64,000 bases of DNA from Minisyncoccia bacterium. Lineage in GTDB: Bacteria > Patescibacteriota > Minisyncoccia > Phycocordibacterales > CAJBRS01. The DNA is taken from positions 142,205 through 206,204 of the forward strand of contig JBBQRF010000001.1 of the NCBI GenBank assembly GCA_038215155.1, read 5' to 3'. This document shows, piece by piece, positions 16,938 through 26,687 of this stretch (the stretch's first letter is position 1; each line of letters starts with the position of its first letter). The notes under the pieces are model-generated. The model was given only the letters and a program-made list of their open reading frames with translations. It had not been told where the DNA came from and searched no databases. The position numbers and the translations under genes were made by a program.

Positions 16938-18311
16938 CTAGCGGCTAGACAGAGGGTCACAAGATTTTGCTTTTGCTCTGCGATAAAGACGAAATAGTAA
17001 ATATAGAATTAGGATGAGTAGGATCCACCATAGGTAGCACCAATTGTTTTTGGGAACGGAAGTACCTTCAGTTTGAATTTCATATTTGTCTTCTGAAATA
17101 GTTTTACCGTTGTTATCTTCCCCACCAATAAAGAATGAGTAGTGATTTATTTTTTTAAAGGACGGCAGAATACCTTGAAATGTGTTGGTGTCCCCTTCTC
17201 TCATTAAATTATAAGAATGGTAAAGTGTAGCATCATCTTCGTCCTGAACACTGACAATTAACTCTCTGAAGTTAAGTGGCAAATTTTCTATAGAAGCAAT
17301 TACTTTTAGTGGTATTCCGATTTTCACTCTGGCACGGCTATTGTAGAAATAAATCTGCTGGTTATCTTGTTCTAAATTTATTTTCACTTTTAAAGTGGAG
17401 GAATCGAGATTAATCTTGTTGGTCGAAGTAGAGGTGGGAGTGAACACTTTAACTTCGCCACTTTTAATTAACCTAACATAAAGAAGAGCGCCTGATGAAA
17501 AGTTTCCATCATTGTTCTCCACAAATGCCGCGTAGTAATAATCTTGATCAATTGATAAATTGGAATCAGTAACAGAGTTCCCCGCTCCCTTATAAATTAA
17601 TTTTCCGAATGTTGGGTCGGTGGGATAAAAATATTCAGAACGCAAGATCAAGACATCCCGAAAAGATTGATTGGAAGAATATTTCCAAGAAAGTTTAAGA
17701 TCGTTGCCTACTAATTTATAAGAAAAATTTATAACATTTATGGGAGATCGAAAACGACTTGTGGTGACGAAAGGTAATGCACCAACATAAGTGATATGTC
17801 CGTCTTTGTCAGTTGATTGGATTTTAAAATAATACTTAGTACCTGGCTCTAAATTATCCAATTCAATTTGATGATGTGTGCTGTAGTTAATTTCGGCCAC
17901 GGCGCCGTAATCCGCATCGGTATTTTTTCCCCACGATAAAGTGCCCAACGAATAACCGTAAGTTTGCCAGTGAATGATAACTGAGGTATCTGAAAGAATC
18001 TCTACTCGAATGCTTCCAGGATAAATGGCACTACCGTTAAAAGAGCCGCCTGGTGAAGTAGCAGGATTAGGATTGGAGATTGTACCGATAGTGCTTGGAG
18101 TGTTGCAATCAAGTGGGCAGCCTTGATAAGTTTCGCCGAATTGAGGCTCGCAAATATTATTGTTATTACAATTATGAACTTCGAGATTAACTACGCCGCC
18201 CGCTACGGCCGCCGCGGCGGCCGTAGCGGGCGATCCGTCGAAAAATAAAAACAGTGCGGGCAAGGTTGCCATTAATAAGAATGCCTTCCTCATTCCCATA
18301 TTATAGAGCAA
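16938..18311 (-). CDS. secreted protein with Cys-rich module, FN3-like domain and C-terminal TM anchor
   Basis: Signal peptide; CNNNNICEPQFGETYQGCPLDC; FN3-like GTKYYFKIQSTD; C-terminal WCYLWWILLILILYLLFRLYRRAK. Confidence 0.45.
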   Translation of the reverse strand: MLYNMGMRKAFLLMATLPALFLFFDGSPATAAAAAVAGGVVNLEVHNCNNNNICEPQFGETYQGCPLDCNTPSTIGTISNPNPATSPGGSFNGSAIYPGSIRVEILSDTSVIIHWQTYGYSLGTLSWGKNTDADYGAVAEINYSTHHQIELDNLEPGTKYYFKIQSTDKDGHITYVGALPFVTTSRFRSPINVINFSYKLVGNDLKLSWKYSSNQSFRDVLILRSEYFYPTDPTFGKLIYKGAGNSVTDSNLSIDQDYYYAAFVENNDGNFSSGALLYVRLIKSGEVKVFTPTSTSTNKINLDSSTLKVKINLEQDNQQIYFYNSRARVKIGIPLKVIASIENLPLNFRELIVSVQDEDDATLYHSYNLMREGDTNTFQGILPSFKKINHYSFFIGGEDNNGKTISEDKYEIQTEGTSVPKNNWCYLWWILLILILYLLFRLYRRAKAKSCDPLSSR

Positions 18312-19014
18312 TAGCCGTTACTGTAACGGAAGCTGTGTAGGTACCGGCGTCTTGAATCTTATTCGTCCCAATACCTACTTGGTATTTAATCGAGGTAGTA
18401 GCGCCCACCGGTTGATTGGCCGTACTTGTTAGAGAGATGGTCTTAGAACTAGTAGATAAGCCATCCCAACAACGGTCAGTAGTGTCAGTGGAGCCGGTGT
18501 TACAAAGGGTGCCATTATTTCTATATCGTGCAATAACATCATTGCCATGGGGAGAAAAGCCAAAAGTGGAGGAGGCAGCGCCATAAGTAAAAGTAAAATC
18601 GGGAGCGGCTCCAACAGGCAGATAGTCTGTGATGCTAGAGCTGGCTGATTTTAGCGCGGGGGAAGTAGTAGCGGTAACTGAAAGTTGATAACCAGCCGGA
18701 TCATCAGTTACTACTACCCAATCTGATTGAGCTTGACTGGTGCCTCCAGAAATACCCCCAATACTTGGTAGAGTAATGTTAACTGTATTAGAAAGTGCTA
18801 TGTAATTTGCAGATAAAGCTTGATATCCGGCACTCAATCTATAATTTGTACTGGTGCCAAATCCGGTCCCCACTTCACCCACCGTACTTTCTGTTTTGTA
18901 ATTAGTGCTAGTGCCTAATCCCCCTCCACTATTAAGACTATCGGACTGAATCCGATAGGATCCACTCTGCATCACATAAGCTAATAGAACTATTGGAATG
19001 AAAAGGCTTTTCAT
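18301..19014 (-). CDS. secreted Thr/Ser/Gly-rich beta-rich protein, pilin/SCPU-like subunit (paralog of 19995..20648)
   Basis: Signal peptide; shared block W.V.TDD.AGY.L..T and C-terminal AGTYTASVTVTAIAL. Confidence 0.45.
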   Translation of the reverse strand: MKSLFIPIVLLAYVMQSGSYRIQSDSLNSGGGLGTSTNYKTESTVGEVGTGFGTSTNYRLSAGYQALSANYIALSNTVNITLPSIGGISGGTSQAQSDWVVVTDDPAGYQLSVTATTSPALKSASSSITDYLPVGAAPDFTFTYGAASSTFGFSPHGNDVIARYRNNGTLCNTGSTDTTDRCWDGLSTSSKTISLTSTANQPVGATTSIKYQVGIGTNKIQDAGTYTASVTVTAIAL

Positions 19015-19989
19015 CTATCTCTTTCTCTTGAATTCAAAATTCTTTCGAAGGAAGTAACTAGCTGAGACGATAATTAATAGAATGAGGAGTACAATAGCAA
19101 TCCACTTCCAAGGAATAACCCAGATTGAAATTTTAAGAACATCGGTAGTGCTGCCGTATCCTCTATTGAGGGAAACTTCGGCAGTGTAACGGCCAAAGGC
19201 AGCGGTTCTTCCCCATGGAATTTCTCGATAGCGAAGGGAGTGCGGTAGAGCGAAATAGGCATCAACTGGTAACTGATCTACTGTTGCCCCCCACATATTT
19301 TTAACCGTGATATAGCCATAAGGAACTAAGTGAACATTTCCATCATTGTTAAAGTAGATCTGAAAAGTTAAATTAGCGTTTTGGTAAACCGGTCCTTTTT
19401 CTTTAACCCGAAAATCTGAAAGGTGTCCACTTTGTGTGACTGGTCCGTTTACTCTAACAAAGAATAGTGAAGCGATTCGCGAAATGATGGTAGCTCCGGG
19501 CGCTTCGGCTGCACCGGTAGTGGTAGCTCCGAGCTTCGAAGGAGCATTAGAAACTATCATAGCCGCGTAGAATCCGCCCGGTGCAGCGGTTTTTGGAAGT
19601 TCTATTGTAACGGGAATTTGAATTCGTTGGCCAAAATTTAGAGTAAACTGTTTAATCTCTGGATGAAGATAATCTTTTAAGGAATATGGACTCTTGTCCC
19701 CTCCCAATAAAATAACAGGCTGATCTATTTGATTAGAGCCGATGATATCTTCGGAGGTAAGTGCGAAAGTTATTGGACTCTTCACCCGGCTCGTAATGGA
19801 AATACTCCGAGTGGCAGACTCCCCCGGATTAATATTTACTTCTTGTTTGGCTGGCTCAACAATAAAATCGTTCCTGTCGGCAACAGTGCTTTGGAATAAA
19901 GTGTAAGCTCGAAGAGCTATAGCTCCAACTAATAAGAAGATGACGATACTACTGATAGAGAGAAGCAGTTTCTTCTTATTGTTGGGCAT
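19015..19989 (-). CDS. membrane protein anchored at both ends (N-terminal signal-anchor, C-terminal TM plus basic tail)
   Basis: MPNNKKKLLLSISSIVIFLLVGAIAL... ; C-terminal WKWIAIVLLILLIIVSASYFLRKNFEFKRKR. Confidence 0.45.
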   Translation of the reverse strand: MPNNKKKLLLSISSIVIFLLVGAIALRAYTLFQSTVADRNDFIVEPAKQEVNINPGESATRSISITSRVKSPITFALTSEDIIGSNQIDQPVILLGGDKSPYSLKDYLHPEIKQFTLNFGQRIQIPVTIELPKTAAPGGFYAAMIVSNAPSKLGATTTGAAEAPGATIISRIASLFFVRVNGPVTQSGHLSDFRVKEKGPVYQNANLTFQIYFNNDGNVHLVPYGYITVKNMWGATVDQLPVDAYFALPHSLRYREIPWGRTAAFGRYTAEVSLNRGYGSTTDVLKISIWVIPWKWIAIVLLILLIIVSASYFLRKNFEFKRKR

Positions 19990-19994
19990 AGATT

Positions 19995-20648
19995 CTATAA
20001 GGGTGTCGCTGTCCCAATAACAGTAGCGTTGTAAGTAGCTGCTGGAATGAAGAAGTTGTTTTGCTCAACTGCATAACAAGTTGTTGTTACTATTCCTGCA
20101 GGTGTGGTGGTGGCAGCGCGAGAGGCCACATTTTTTTGGACAGTATAGGCCGCTGAAGTTGTAGCTAGACCTTGATATTTAAGAGTGGTGGAAATGGCGT
20201 TTCCGACTCCACAGTTAGCTCCTGTTCCCCAGTCGGAGGTAAGAGTATCTGTTCCAAAGGCTGAATAACCAAAGTAGGCATTACTTGTGGTAGCTGACCA
20301 AAGGTTTGGGGCTCCTTTTTGATAGTCTGTGATTGAGAATCCTCCAGTGGTAGATTGCATGGCGGGAGTACTAGTGGAAGTGAGTGCCAGAGTGTATCCG
20401 GCACCGTCGTTCGTAATGACGGTCCACGTAGTAGTACCTACGGCAGTATTTTGAGCAATACCTAGTGACGTACTCATGGTTGAGTTTCCAGAATTAGTCA
20501 AACTAATTCCCTGAGTGACGTTTAAAGTAATTACAACTTGAGCGGTAACTGCTTTAGCAAATTGAGGTTCCAATGCTCCCCAAGAAAAGAAAGCCACTAA
20601 AGTAAGGACTAGTGTGGTTGGAATAATAGTACGAAGGTGCTTTAACAT
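19995..20648 (-). CDS. secreted Thr/Ser/Gly-rich pilin/SCPU-like subunit (paralog of 18301..19014)
   Basis: Signal peptide; TTTWTVITNDGAGYTLALTSTSTPAMQ...SITDY; C-terminal AATYNATVIGTATPL. Confidence 0.45.
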   Translation of the reverse strand: MLKHLRTIIPTTLVLTLVAFFSWGALEPQFAKAVTAQVVITLNVTQGISLTNSGNSTMSTSLGIAQNTAVGTTTWTVITNDGAGYTLALTSTSTPAMQSTTGGFSITDYQKGAPNLWSATTSNAYFGYSAFGTDTLTSDWGTGANCGVGNAISTTLKYQGLATTSAAYTVQKNVASRAATTTPAGIVTTTCYAVEQNNFFIPAATYNATVIGTATPL

Positions 20649-20789
20649 AATAGTTTTTATTAATAGAATTATACCCCGCGCTATTTACAAGCGCAAGGAA
20701 AATAACTATTGGTGGGGATAAGTTCCCCAGAGACCATCCCTCTTAATGATAGTAGACGGGGAAAGTAAAGTTATCTTACATTTAACTAA

Positions 20790-21422
20790 CTATAGAATCC
20801 TTTCTCCGATCGTTCCGCCGATCGAATCATCATTCATGTGAACGTAACGATGTCGCTCTTTGTCGAGTCTGGCCAACTCCATCACTCTTTGTACAAGTAC
20901 TTTAGGATCGTCGCTAAAGATCACTTTGTCATTAGATCTATGACTCTTATCCATAATATGTTTAATCACTTCGTCAGTGTCTTCCCAATCGCCAGTTAAA
21001 ACGCCAATTGGTTTTAAGTCTTCAAAAGCAATAGTGAATTCGTGAATGGTGCCGATTCGTCCTGGCCCAATAATAATGGCGTCGGCTGAACGAGTCATTA
21101 AAAGGTCCCGGCCCGAGTAACCAAAACCGGTATAAATAATTAGATCCATATTATCAAGTGGTAGACGATATGTTTCTACGTGTTCTATTTCGCCTGAGGC
21201 AGGAGAAAGTCCGATAGAGATGCCTTTTTCCTCCTTTGCTCCAATGGCAGACCACAGCGGAAAACCAGTAGTAGCGCCAGTAATCAAAATACCGTTCTGG
21301 CGAACTATTTCTTTGCCAACTTCCTTTGCTTTGTCGTAGGCAATCTGGCCGAGAAATCCCATCTCTGCCGCTCCGGAAACCGCTACTTTTATTTTTAAAT
21401 GACCGTGTTTATCAGAATCCAT
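20790..21422 (-). CDS. LOG/TIGR00725-family Rossmann-fold nucleotide-binding protein
   Basis: KIKVAVSGAA..GILITGATTGFPLWSAIGA...IIIGPGRIGTIHEF pattern. Confidence 0.5.
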   Translation of the reverse strand: MDSDKHGHLKIKVAVSGAAEMGFLGQIAYDKAKEVGKEIVRQNGILITGATTGFPLWSAIGAKEEKGISIGLSPASGEIEHVETYRLPLDNMDLIIYTGFGYSGRDLLMTRSADAIIIGPGRIGTIHEFTIAFEDLKPIGVLTGDWEDTDEVIKHIMDKSHRSNDKVIFSDDPKVLVQRVMELARLDKERHRYVHMNDDSIGGTIGERIL

Positions 21423-21444
21423 ATAGAAAAATTATAACACAGAA

Positions 21445-22410
21445 TTACTTACGCAATATTTTTAAAATTTCTTTTTTTAGCTCAGTGACAGAGGTGTCGT
21501 CATAAACAGATACGACATAAATCTTAGTGTTAGAAGAGGAAAGGACTTTTTTTGCTTGGTCTAATACATCTTCCGAAACTAAATCAGATTTTGTCAGAAT
21601 AATTATTTCAGATTTTTTCGCCATTATTGGATCGAATTTTTCAATTTCGGCCCGAATAGTTTTATAGTTTTCAAGTATGTCGCCCTCAGCAGAGATGCAG
21701 TGAAATAGATAAGTAGTTCGTTTAACATGACGGAGAAACTTATGACCCAATCCCTTCCCTGCTGATGCGCCGGAGATTAAGCCTGGAATATCAGCCAGGA
21801 TAAATTCAAAGAGTGCTCCGAGATTCGGTTCCAGTGTAGTGAATTGATATTGTCCCACTCTCGCTTCCGCTCCAGTTAAGGCGTTAAGTAAACTAGATTT
21901 GCCGGCATTGGGTAATCCGATTAACCCCGCCGCCGCCACTAATTCCACCTCAATAAAAAAATCCGCTTCTTCTCCGGTTTTACCGGGAGTGAATTCGGTC
22001 GGTCGAACGTTAGTAGATGCTTTAAAATGCTCGTTACCCAGACCCCCGCGTCCGCCTTCCAGGAGAAGGACGGCCTCCTCTTTATCTACTAGACTGATTT
22101 TCTTGCTAGTTTCTAAATTGGTGATGACAGAACCGATTGGTACGTTAATAGTGAGATCTTCTCCATCTTTTCCGTGCATGCTTCTTTTCATGCCGCTTTG
22201 ACCATTCTCCGCACTAAATTCCTTTTTGTGGCGATAGTGGGAGAGTATATTTAAATCACTAACTGCCTTGGCATAAACACTACCACCTCGACCCCCATTT
22301 CCTCCAGATGGTCCCATGAATTCCTTACCTTTTTCATGCAGCCAGCGCACCACTCCGTCGCCTCCGCGGCCAGCTTTTATGTGTACTCTTAATTCATCTA
22401 CGAAAGCCAT
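21445..22410 (-). CDS. obg: GTPase Obg
   Basis: Obg N-domain FVDELRVHIKAGRGGDGVV..GGNGGRGGSVY; G-domain GLIGLPNAGKSSLLNALT. Confidence 0.9.
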   Translation of the reverse strand: MAFVDELRVHIKAGRGGDGVVRWLHEKGKEFMGPSGGNGGRGGSVYAKAVSDLNILSHYRHKKEFSAENGQSGMKRSMHGKDGEDLTINVPIGSVITNLETSKKISLVDKEEAVLLLEGGRGGLGNEHFKASTNVRPTEFTPGKTGEEADFFIEVELVAAAGLIGLPNAGKSSLLNALTGAEARVGQYQFTTLEPNLGALFEFILADIPGLISGASAGKGLGHKFLRHVKRTTYLFHCISAEGDILENYKTIRAEIEKFDPIMAKKSEIIILTKSDLVSEDVLDQAKKVLSSSNTKIYVVSVYDDTSVTELKKEILKILRK

Positions 22411-23297
22411 TATGATTGAACTGCTATTTCTGCTAAGGCGTTCGCTGCTTCGCGTGTCTTAGCAATTACTAAATGCCGACCATTGTGACAAAAAACTGCT
22501 CCTTTTACGCCGCTTACCTTTTCAAAATCCTCGTCACGCTTGCCTGCCCAGCTTTCGGGAAAAAGTTTGCGACTTTTAAATGATACACCCTCATCTCGAA
22601 CACCAGCCACTGCCCATTCGGGACGACGACCATCATTTGCTACTACAAAAAGTGGTTCGGCGAAACTGCTTAAAATTTCTTTCCAATTATAAGTATCATT
22701 AATAACGATAATTCTTTTGTCTGGTGCTTCTTCATAGGCCTGGTAAACGAATTTCTTTCCTTCTAAATAATGTTCCGCTCGAGTCACCTCGCGGGTTAAA
22801 ATTTCTTTAAGTGCTGGCAGAATTTTAAGAAAGGATTCGTCTACGTTTTGATCTTTCTCTTTCCAGGTGGGAATGAAAGATGAAATAGCGGTCTCAATTT
22901 GATATGGGCGAACGTTTTTAGAAATTGGCTCGAAAACCGCCACTCCATTATCTTCTGCGTCTATTGATTGAATTAATTTCTGGTCAATTCGGAATGCCGC
23001 TTCCTCGCCGCTGCAAATTTTAGGTCCAAACTCTTTCCAAACCAATCCAAAAGAAGCGTACGGCACCCCATTTGCACGCACTCCCCCTCCTCCTTTTTGA
23101 TGATGGTCGAAGCGATTATTTTTAGGATCCAATTCTCCTCCAATATCCACCACGTAATCGCCGGTCTTAATTATTTCTGGATCACGAGTACGGATAATTT
23201 CACAATCTTTAGCTTCAATCTTTAAATACAAAAGTATGGTGGCAACGGCAAAAAGCTCGTCTGGATGAAAGTTGCCGCTGTGAGTAATAATTCGCAT
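22410..23297 (-). CDS. MYG1/UPF0160-family metal-dependent hydrolase
   Basis: ITHSGNFHPDELFAVATIL signature. Confidence 0.7.
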   Translation of the reverse strand: MRIITHSGNFHPDELFAVATILLYLKIEAKDCEIIRTRDPEIIKTGDYVVDIGGELDPKNNRFDHHQKGGGGVRANGVPYASFGLVWKEFGPKICSGEEAAFRIDQKLIQSIDAEDNGVAVFEPISKNVRPYQIETAISSFIPTWKEKDQNVDESFLKILPALKEILTREVTRAEHYLEGKKFVYQAYEEAPDKRIIVINDTYNWKEILSSFAEPLFVVANDGRRPEWAVAGVRDEGVSFKSRKLFPESWAGKRDEDFEKVSGVKGAVFCHNGRHLVIAKTREAANALAEIAVQS

Positions 23298-23323
23298 TCT
23301 ATTGAAGTTTTTTAATTAGAGTA

Positions 23324-24601
23324 TTAGAAGTATTTTACAATACCATGACTCACGGCAAAAGAAAGCGGTTTAGAAAGAATAATTTGAGCATTATTACTGA
23401 CTGGAAATTTTCGGGAAGGTCGAAAGTAGTGATCAAGATCGTTGCGATTATTTAAAATTTTATCCGCAAGGTATGCCCCCAACGCGGCAGCCCACGGTAA
23501 TCCTGTGGCCCCACCCATATAATAAACCTTTTTTAACGCTGGATCTTCTCCTGCAATAGGAAAGAGATCTTTAGTTACTCCAATCAGTCCTGGCCAGACA
23601 TATTCAAATTCCATCTTACTATTAAATTTCTTATTCAAATATTCTTTCATTTTTTCAATGATAGAACTAAAGTCCATTGCTCTTTCTTTCATATAAGTCT
23701 CTATTAGAGTAGACGCCCCCATGAGCAGGCGATTATTTTCTATAGTCCGAAAGTATTGGTAAATCAAATCCGTATCCCAGACCATTAAGTGCTTGTTCGG
23801 GAAAATGGTTTTAATAACCGCTTCTGAAAGTGGAGCACTTACCGCTAAGAAAGTTTGAGCGTGGTAAATATTAGGTTTTTGAATATCTAAACTCGGTAAG
23901 AATCTATCTGTGGCAATAATAAGATTTTCCGCCCTCACAACCAATCCCCCCTCAGTCACTATTGAGCCCTCTCTAATCTCTGATACTTTCGTATCTTCAA
24001 ATATCTTCAATCCTCTTTCTAATAGAACGTCCTTCATGCCCTGACAATATAGAAAAGAGTTTAGTCCGAAACATTCTCCATAACGGACGGCTCCAAAGTA
24101 TTGAGAGCTATTCAAGGCTTCCTTCATTTCAGACTTCCCATAAAGCTGGCTATCATAGCCTAAATCCTTGCGGGCATGATGTTCATCTTCTACTTCCTTA
24201 AAAGATTTTTTGGAGTTAGCCACAAAAAATGAATCCTGAATTTGGTAATCACATTCAATTTTATATTTCTCAATATTATTTTTAATTAACTCGAGACCAC
24301 CATTTACGAATTCTCGTAATTCTTTTGCACCTTTTTTCCCATATTTATTTAGTAGGTCAGCGAGCTGAAGTTCTGAGTCTGGAGTTAAAAACCCGGAACT
24401 TTTACCGCTTGCGCCGCCGCCACAAAACGAACTTTCAACAATGATTACTTTGCGGCCACTTTCTGACAAAATTTGGGCCGCGGATAATCCGGCCATGCCG
24501 CCGCCGACGACGCAGACGTCGGCGGCGGCATCTTCCTGAAGTGTTATTTTTTTAGGATCCTTCTTAGAGTACCAGTAAACTTCCTCTTTAATTTTCGCCA
24601 T
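23324..24601 (-). CDS. FAD-dependent oxidoreductase (DAO-like)
   Basis: FAD-binding DVCVVGGGMAGLSAAQILSESGRKVIIVE. Confidence 0.7.
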   Translation of the reverse strand: MAKIKEEVYWYSKKDPKKITLQEDAAADVCVVGGGMAGLSAAQILSESGRKVIIVESSFCGGGASGKSSGFLTPDSELQLADLLNKYGKKGAKELREFVNGGLELIKNNIEKYKIECDYQIQDSFFVANSKKSFKEVEDEHHARKDLGYDSQLYGKSEMKEALNSSQYFGAVRYGECFGLNSFLYCQGMKDVLLERGLKIFEDTKVSEIREGSIVTEGGLVVRAENLIIATDRFLPSLDIQKPNIYHAQTFLAVSAPLSEAVIKTIFPNKHLMVWDTDLIYQYFRTIENNRLLMGASTLIETYMKERAMDFSSIIEKMKEYLNKKFNSKMEFEYVWPGLIGVTKDLFPIAGEDPALKKVYYMGGATGLPWAAALGAYLADKILNNRNDLDHYFRPSRKFPVSNNAQIILSKPLSFAVSHGIVKYF

Positions 24602-24819
24602 TAAAAGGAGCTGATAGAATTAATCGGATCAACATAATTATGTAAGAAACTAGGAATTGCAAATAATAGGCCGATAAGCGGAAGAACAAAGAGCGCCACG
24701 GTAATAATCATAGTCCAGAAAAAATATTTTCTTAGTTTCTCCACCGATTTATACATCTCTGCAATCATCTGCTGCTGCTCTGTAATTTTCTCCTCTAATT
24801 TTTGAAAATCTGGATTCAT
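24601..24819 (-). CDS. small membrane protein
   Basis: One TM helix; translationally coupled to the downstream gene. Confidence 0.3.
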   Translation of the reverse strand: MNPDFQKLEEKITEQQQMIAEMYKSVEKLRKYFFWTMIITVALFVLPLIGLLFAIPSFLHNYVDPINSISSF

Positions 24820-24851
24820 GTTATCTATGCTAACAAGTTATTAATAAGAAG

Positions 24852-25589
24852 TCACTTGAAAAATTCTCTGCGAATTTTCATCACATCCTGGTGATAGGTA
24901 AGCCCCTGTTCTCGTCTAGGATATGGCAACTCTATCTTAAAAATATTGGCCACCTTCCTATCTTTAATTAAAATTACTCTTTCAGCCAACGATACTGCCT
25001 CTTCAATTAAATGAGAAACTATAACAATGGTCTTCTCAGTGGTTCGCCAGATTTTGATTAAATCATCGTGAAGCTCGGCGGTGGTTTTAGCATCTAAGGC
25101 CGAAAATGGTTCGTCCAGCAGTAAGACTTGCGGGTCAACTGCTAAAGCCCGGGCAATGCCTACTCTTTGGCGTTGCCCACCCGAAAGTTCGGCCGGATAT
25201 TTATTAATAAAATCTTCTAGACCCATCATTTTTACGTAATTTAAAGTTTCTGTTTTAATCTTATGCTCAGAATATTTTTCCTCCCCATTTAATAAACGAT
25301 TCCGAGCGTTAAGTCCGAAAGAGGCATTTTCATAAACGTTAAGCCAAGGAAAGAGGGCGCCACCCTGAAAGGTCATGGCAATAATGGCGGGTTTTTTTAC
25401 TTCACCAGTTGTAGCTTTCTCTAAACCGGCAATTATTTTCAAAATTGTAGTTTTTCCACCCCCCGAAGGGCCTATCAGACATGCGAATTCGCCCTGATCG
25501 ACTGTAAAATTAATATCACTTAAAGCCGCATCTTTTCCATCGGCATAGATCTTAGAGACATTTTTAAATTCAATAATTGGATTGCTCAT
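24852..25589 (-). CDS. ABC transporter ATP-binding protein (nitrate/sulfonate/taurine-type)
   Basis: Walker A GPSGGGKTT, signature LSGGQRQRVGIARAL, Walker B LLLDEP. Confidence 0.85.
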   Translation of the reverse strand: MSNPIIEFKNVSKIYADGKDAALSDINFTVDQGEFACLIGPSGGGKTTILKIIAGLEKATTGEVKKPAIIAMTFQGGALFPWLNVYENASFGLNARNRLLNGEEKYSEHKIKTETLNYVKMMGLEDFINKYPAELSGGQRQRVGIARALAVDPQVLLLDEPFSALDAKTTAELHDDLIKIWRTTEKTIVIVSHLIEEAVSLAERVILIKDRKVANIFKIELPYPRREQGLTYHQDVMKIRREFFK

Positions 25590-25591
25590 GA

Positions 25592-26389
25592 TTATTCAAA
25601 TCGATATCTCTCAGCTGATCTAAGGAGTTTTTGCCAAACGAAAAAATTCAGAAAAACTATAGCTAGAATCATCACAAAAAGAGTCAGTACGAATAGGTCA
25701 TTGTTACCGCTCGCAGCCGCTCTTACCAAAACCGATCCAATACCTAATAAGTCTTGTGCAGAGGTCCCGCCAGGAATATAGGTGTGCAGAACCTCAGCTA
25801 CAATAATGATGTTCCACCCTTGCGCTACCGCTAAGATAGAGCCAGTGACAAACTGCGGGAAAATAGCTGGCAAAATGACCTTTCTTAGATAATCTAATCG
25901 CTCTAGGCCAAAAACATGAGCCACTCCTTTAATATCGGGAGGAATAATCTTCAGTCCTCCTACTAAAGTAAAAACTAGATTCCAAAGCATAGAAAGAAAG
26001 ATGATGAGAATAGCCGCCCCATTTAAGAAGTTGGAGCGGACAAAGAAAATAATCAGAATGGGGAAAAAAGCCAGCGCTGGAACCGATTCTAAGATATCAA
26101 AAACCGGTAAAAAAATGGATTCCATTTTGTGACTCTTAGTAGAAAAAAGAGCCAGTGGTATTGCCACCATGACCGCTAAGCAGTAGGCGATAAAAAGACG
26201 ACCGAGAGTAAGAACTAAGGCATGAAGTAAAAAATAAAAATAGCCGGTATGACTTCCTGTCGGTAAAATATTTGAAAATATACTAACGTTGGATATTAAT
26301 CTAAGTCCAACAAAAAAAATAACTAAAAAAGTAATCGGACCCCAGATTAAAGTATAAAGTTGCTCTGATCGTCGATGATGGTGCCTCAT
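25592..26389 (-). CDS. ABC transporter permease (SsuC/TauC-like)
   Basis: 6-TM BPD-transporter-like permease adjacent to the ATPase. Confidence 0.75.
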   Translation of the reverse strand: MRHHHRRSEQLYTLIWGPITFLVIFFVGLRLISNVSIFSNILPTGSHTGYFYFLLHALVLTLGRLFIAYCLAVMVAIPLALFSTKSHKMESIFLPVFDILESVPALAFFPILIIFFVRSNFLNGAAILIIFLSMLWNLVFTLVGGLKIIPPDIKGVAHVFGLERLDYLRKVILPAIFPQFVTGSILAVAQGWNIIIVAEVLHTYIPGGTSAQDLLGIGSVLVRAAASGNNDLFVLTLFVMILAIVFLNFFVWQKLLRSAERYRFE

Positions 26390-26412
26390 AGAATATATTT
26401 TACTATGAAAAT

Positions 26413-26453
26413 CAAAACAGCGCTCCGCCCTTTCGGGCGGAGCGCTGTTTTAT
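26413..26453. terminator. bidirectional rho-independent terminator
   Basis: Hairpin acagcgctccgccc-tttc-gggcggagcgctgt flanked by A and T tracts. Confidence 0.55.
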
Positions 26454-26467
26454 ATCTTTAGCTTAAT

Positions 26468-26620
26468 TTAGGCAATAGGATTTCGTCCCCGAATAACTCG
26501 GATCAAAATAACAATGATGGCAATGACCAAGAGAATATGGATCAAAGCACCAATTGTTGGAAAGGCCAACCAACCGACTAACCAAAGCAGTATCAAGATG
26601 ATGGCGATTGTCTCAAGCAT
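26468..26620 (-). CDS. 50-aa lmo0937-family-like small membrane protein
   Basis: Unlisted small ORF MLETIAIILILLWLVGWLAFPTIGALIHILLVIAIIVILIRVIRGRNPIA. Confidence 0.4.
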   Translation of the reverse strand: MLETIAIILILLWLVGWLAFPTIGALIHILLVIAIIVILIRVIRGRNPIA

Positions 26621-26687
26621 GGTTTTTTCTGTTTAGCTAATAATAATTTATTCTACCACTTATATAGACGCCGGCTAGAGGCACTTA

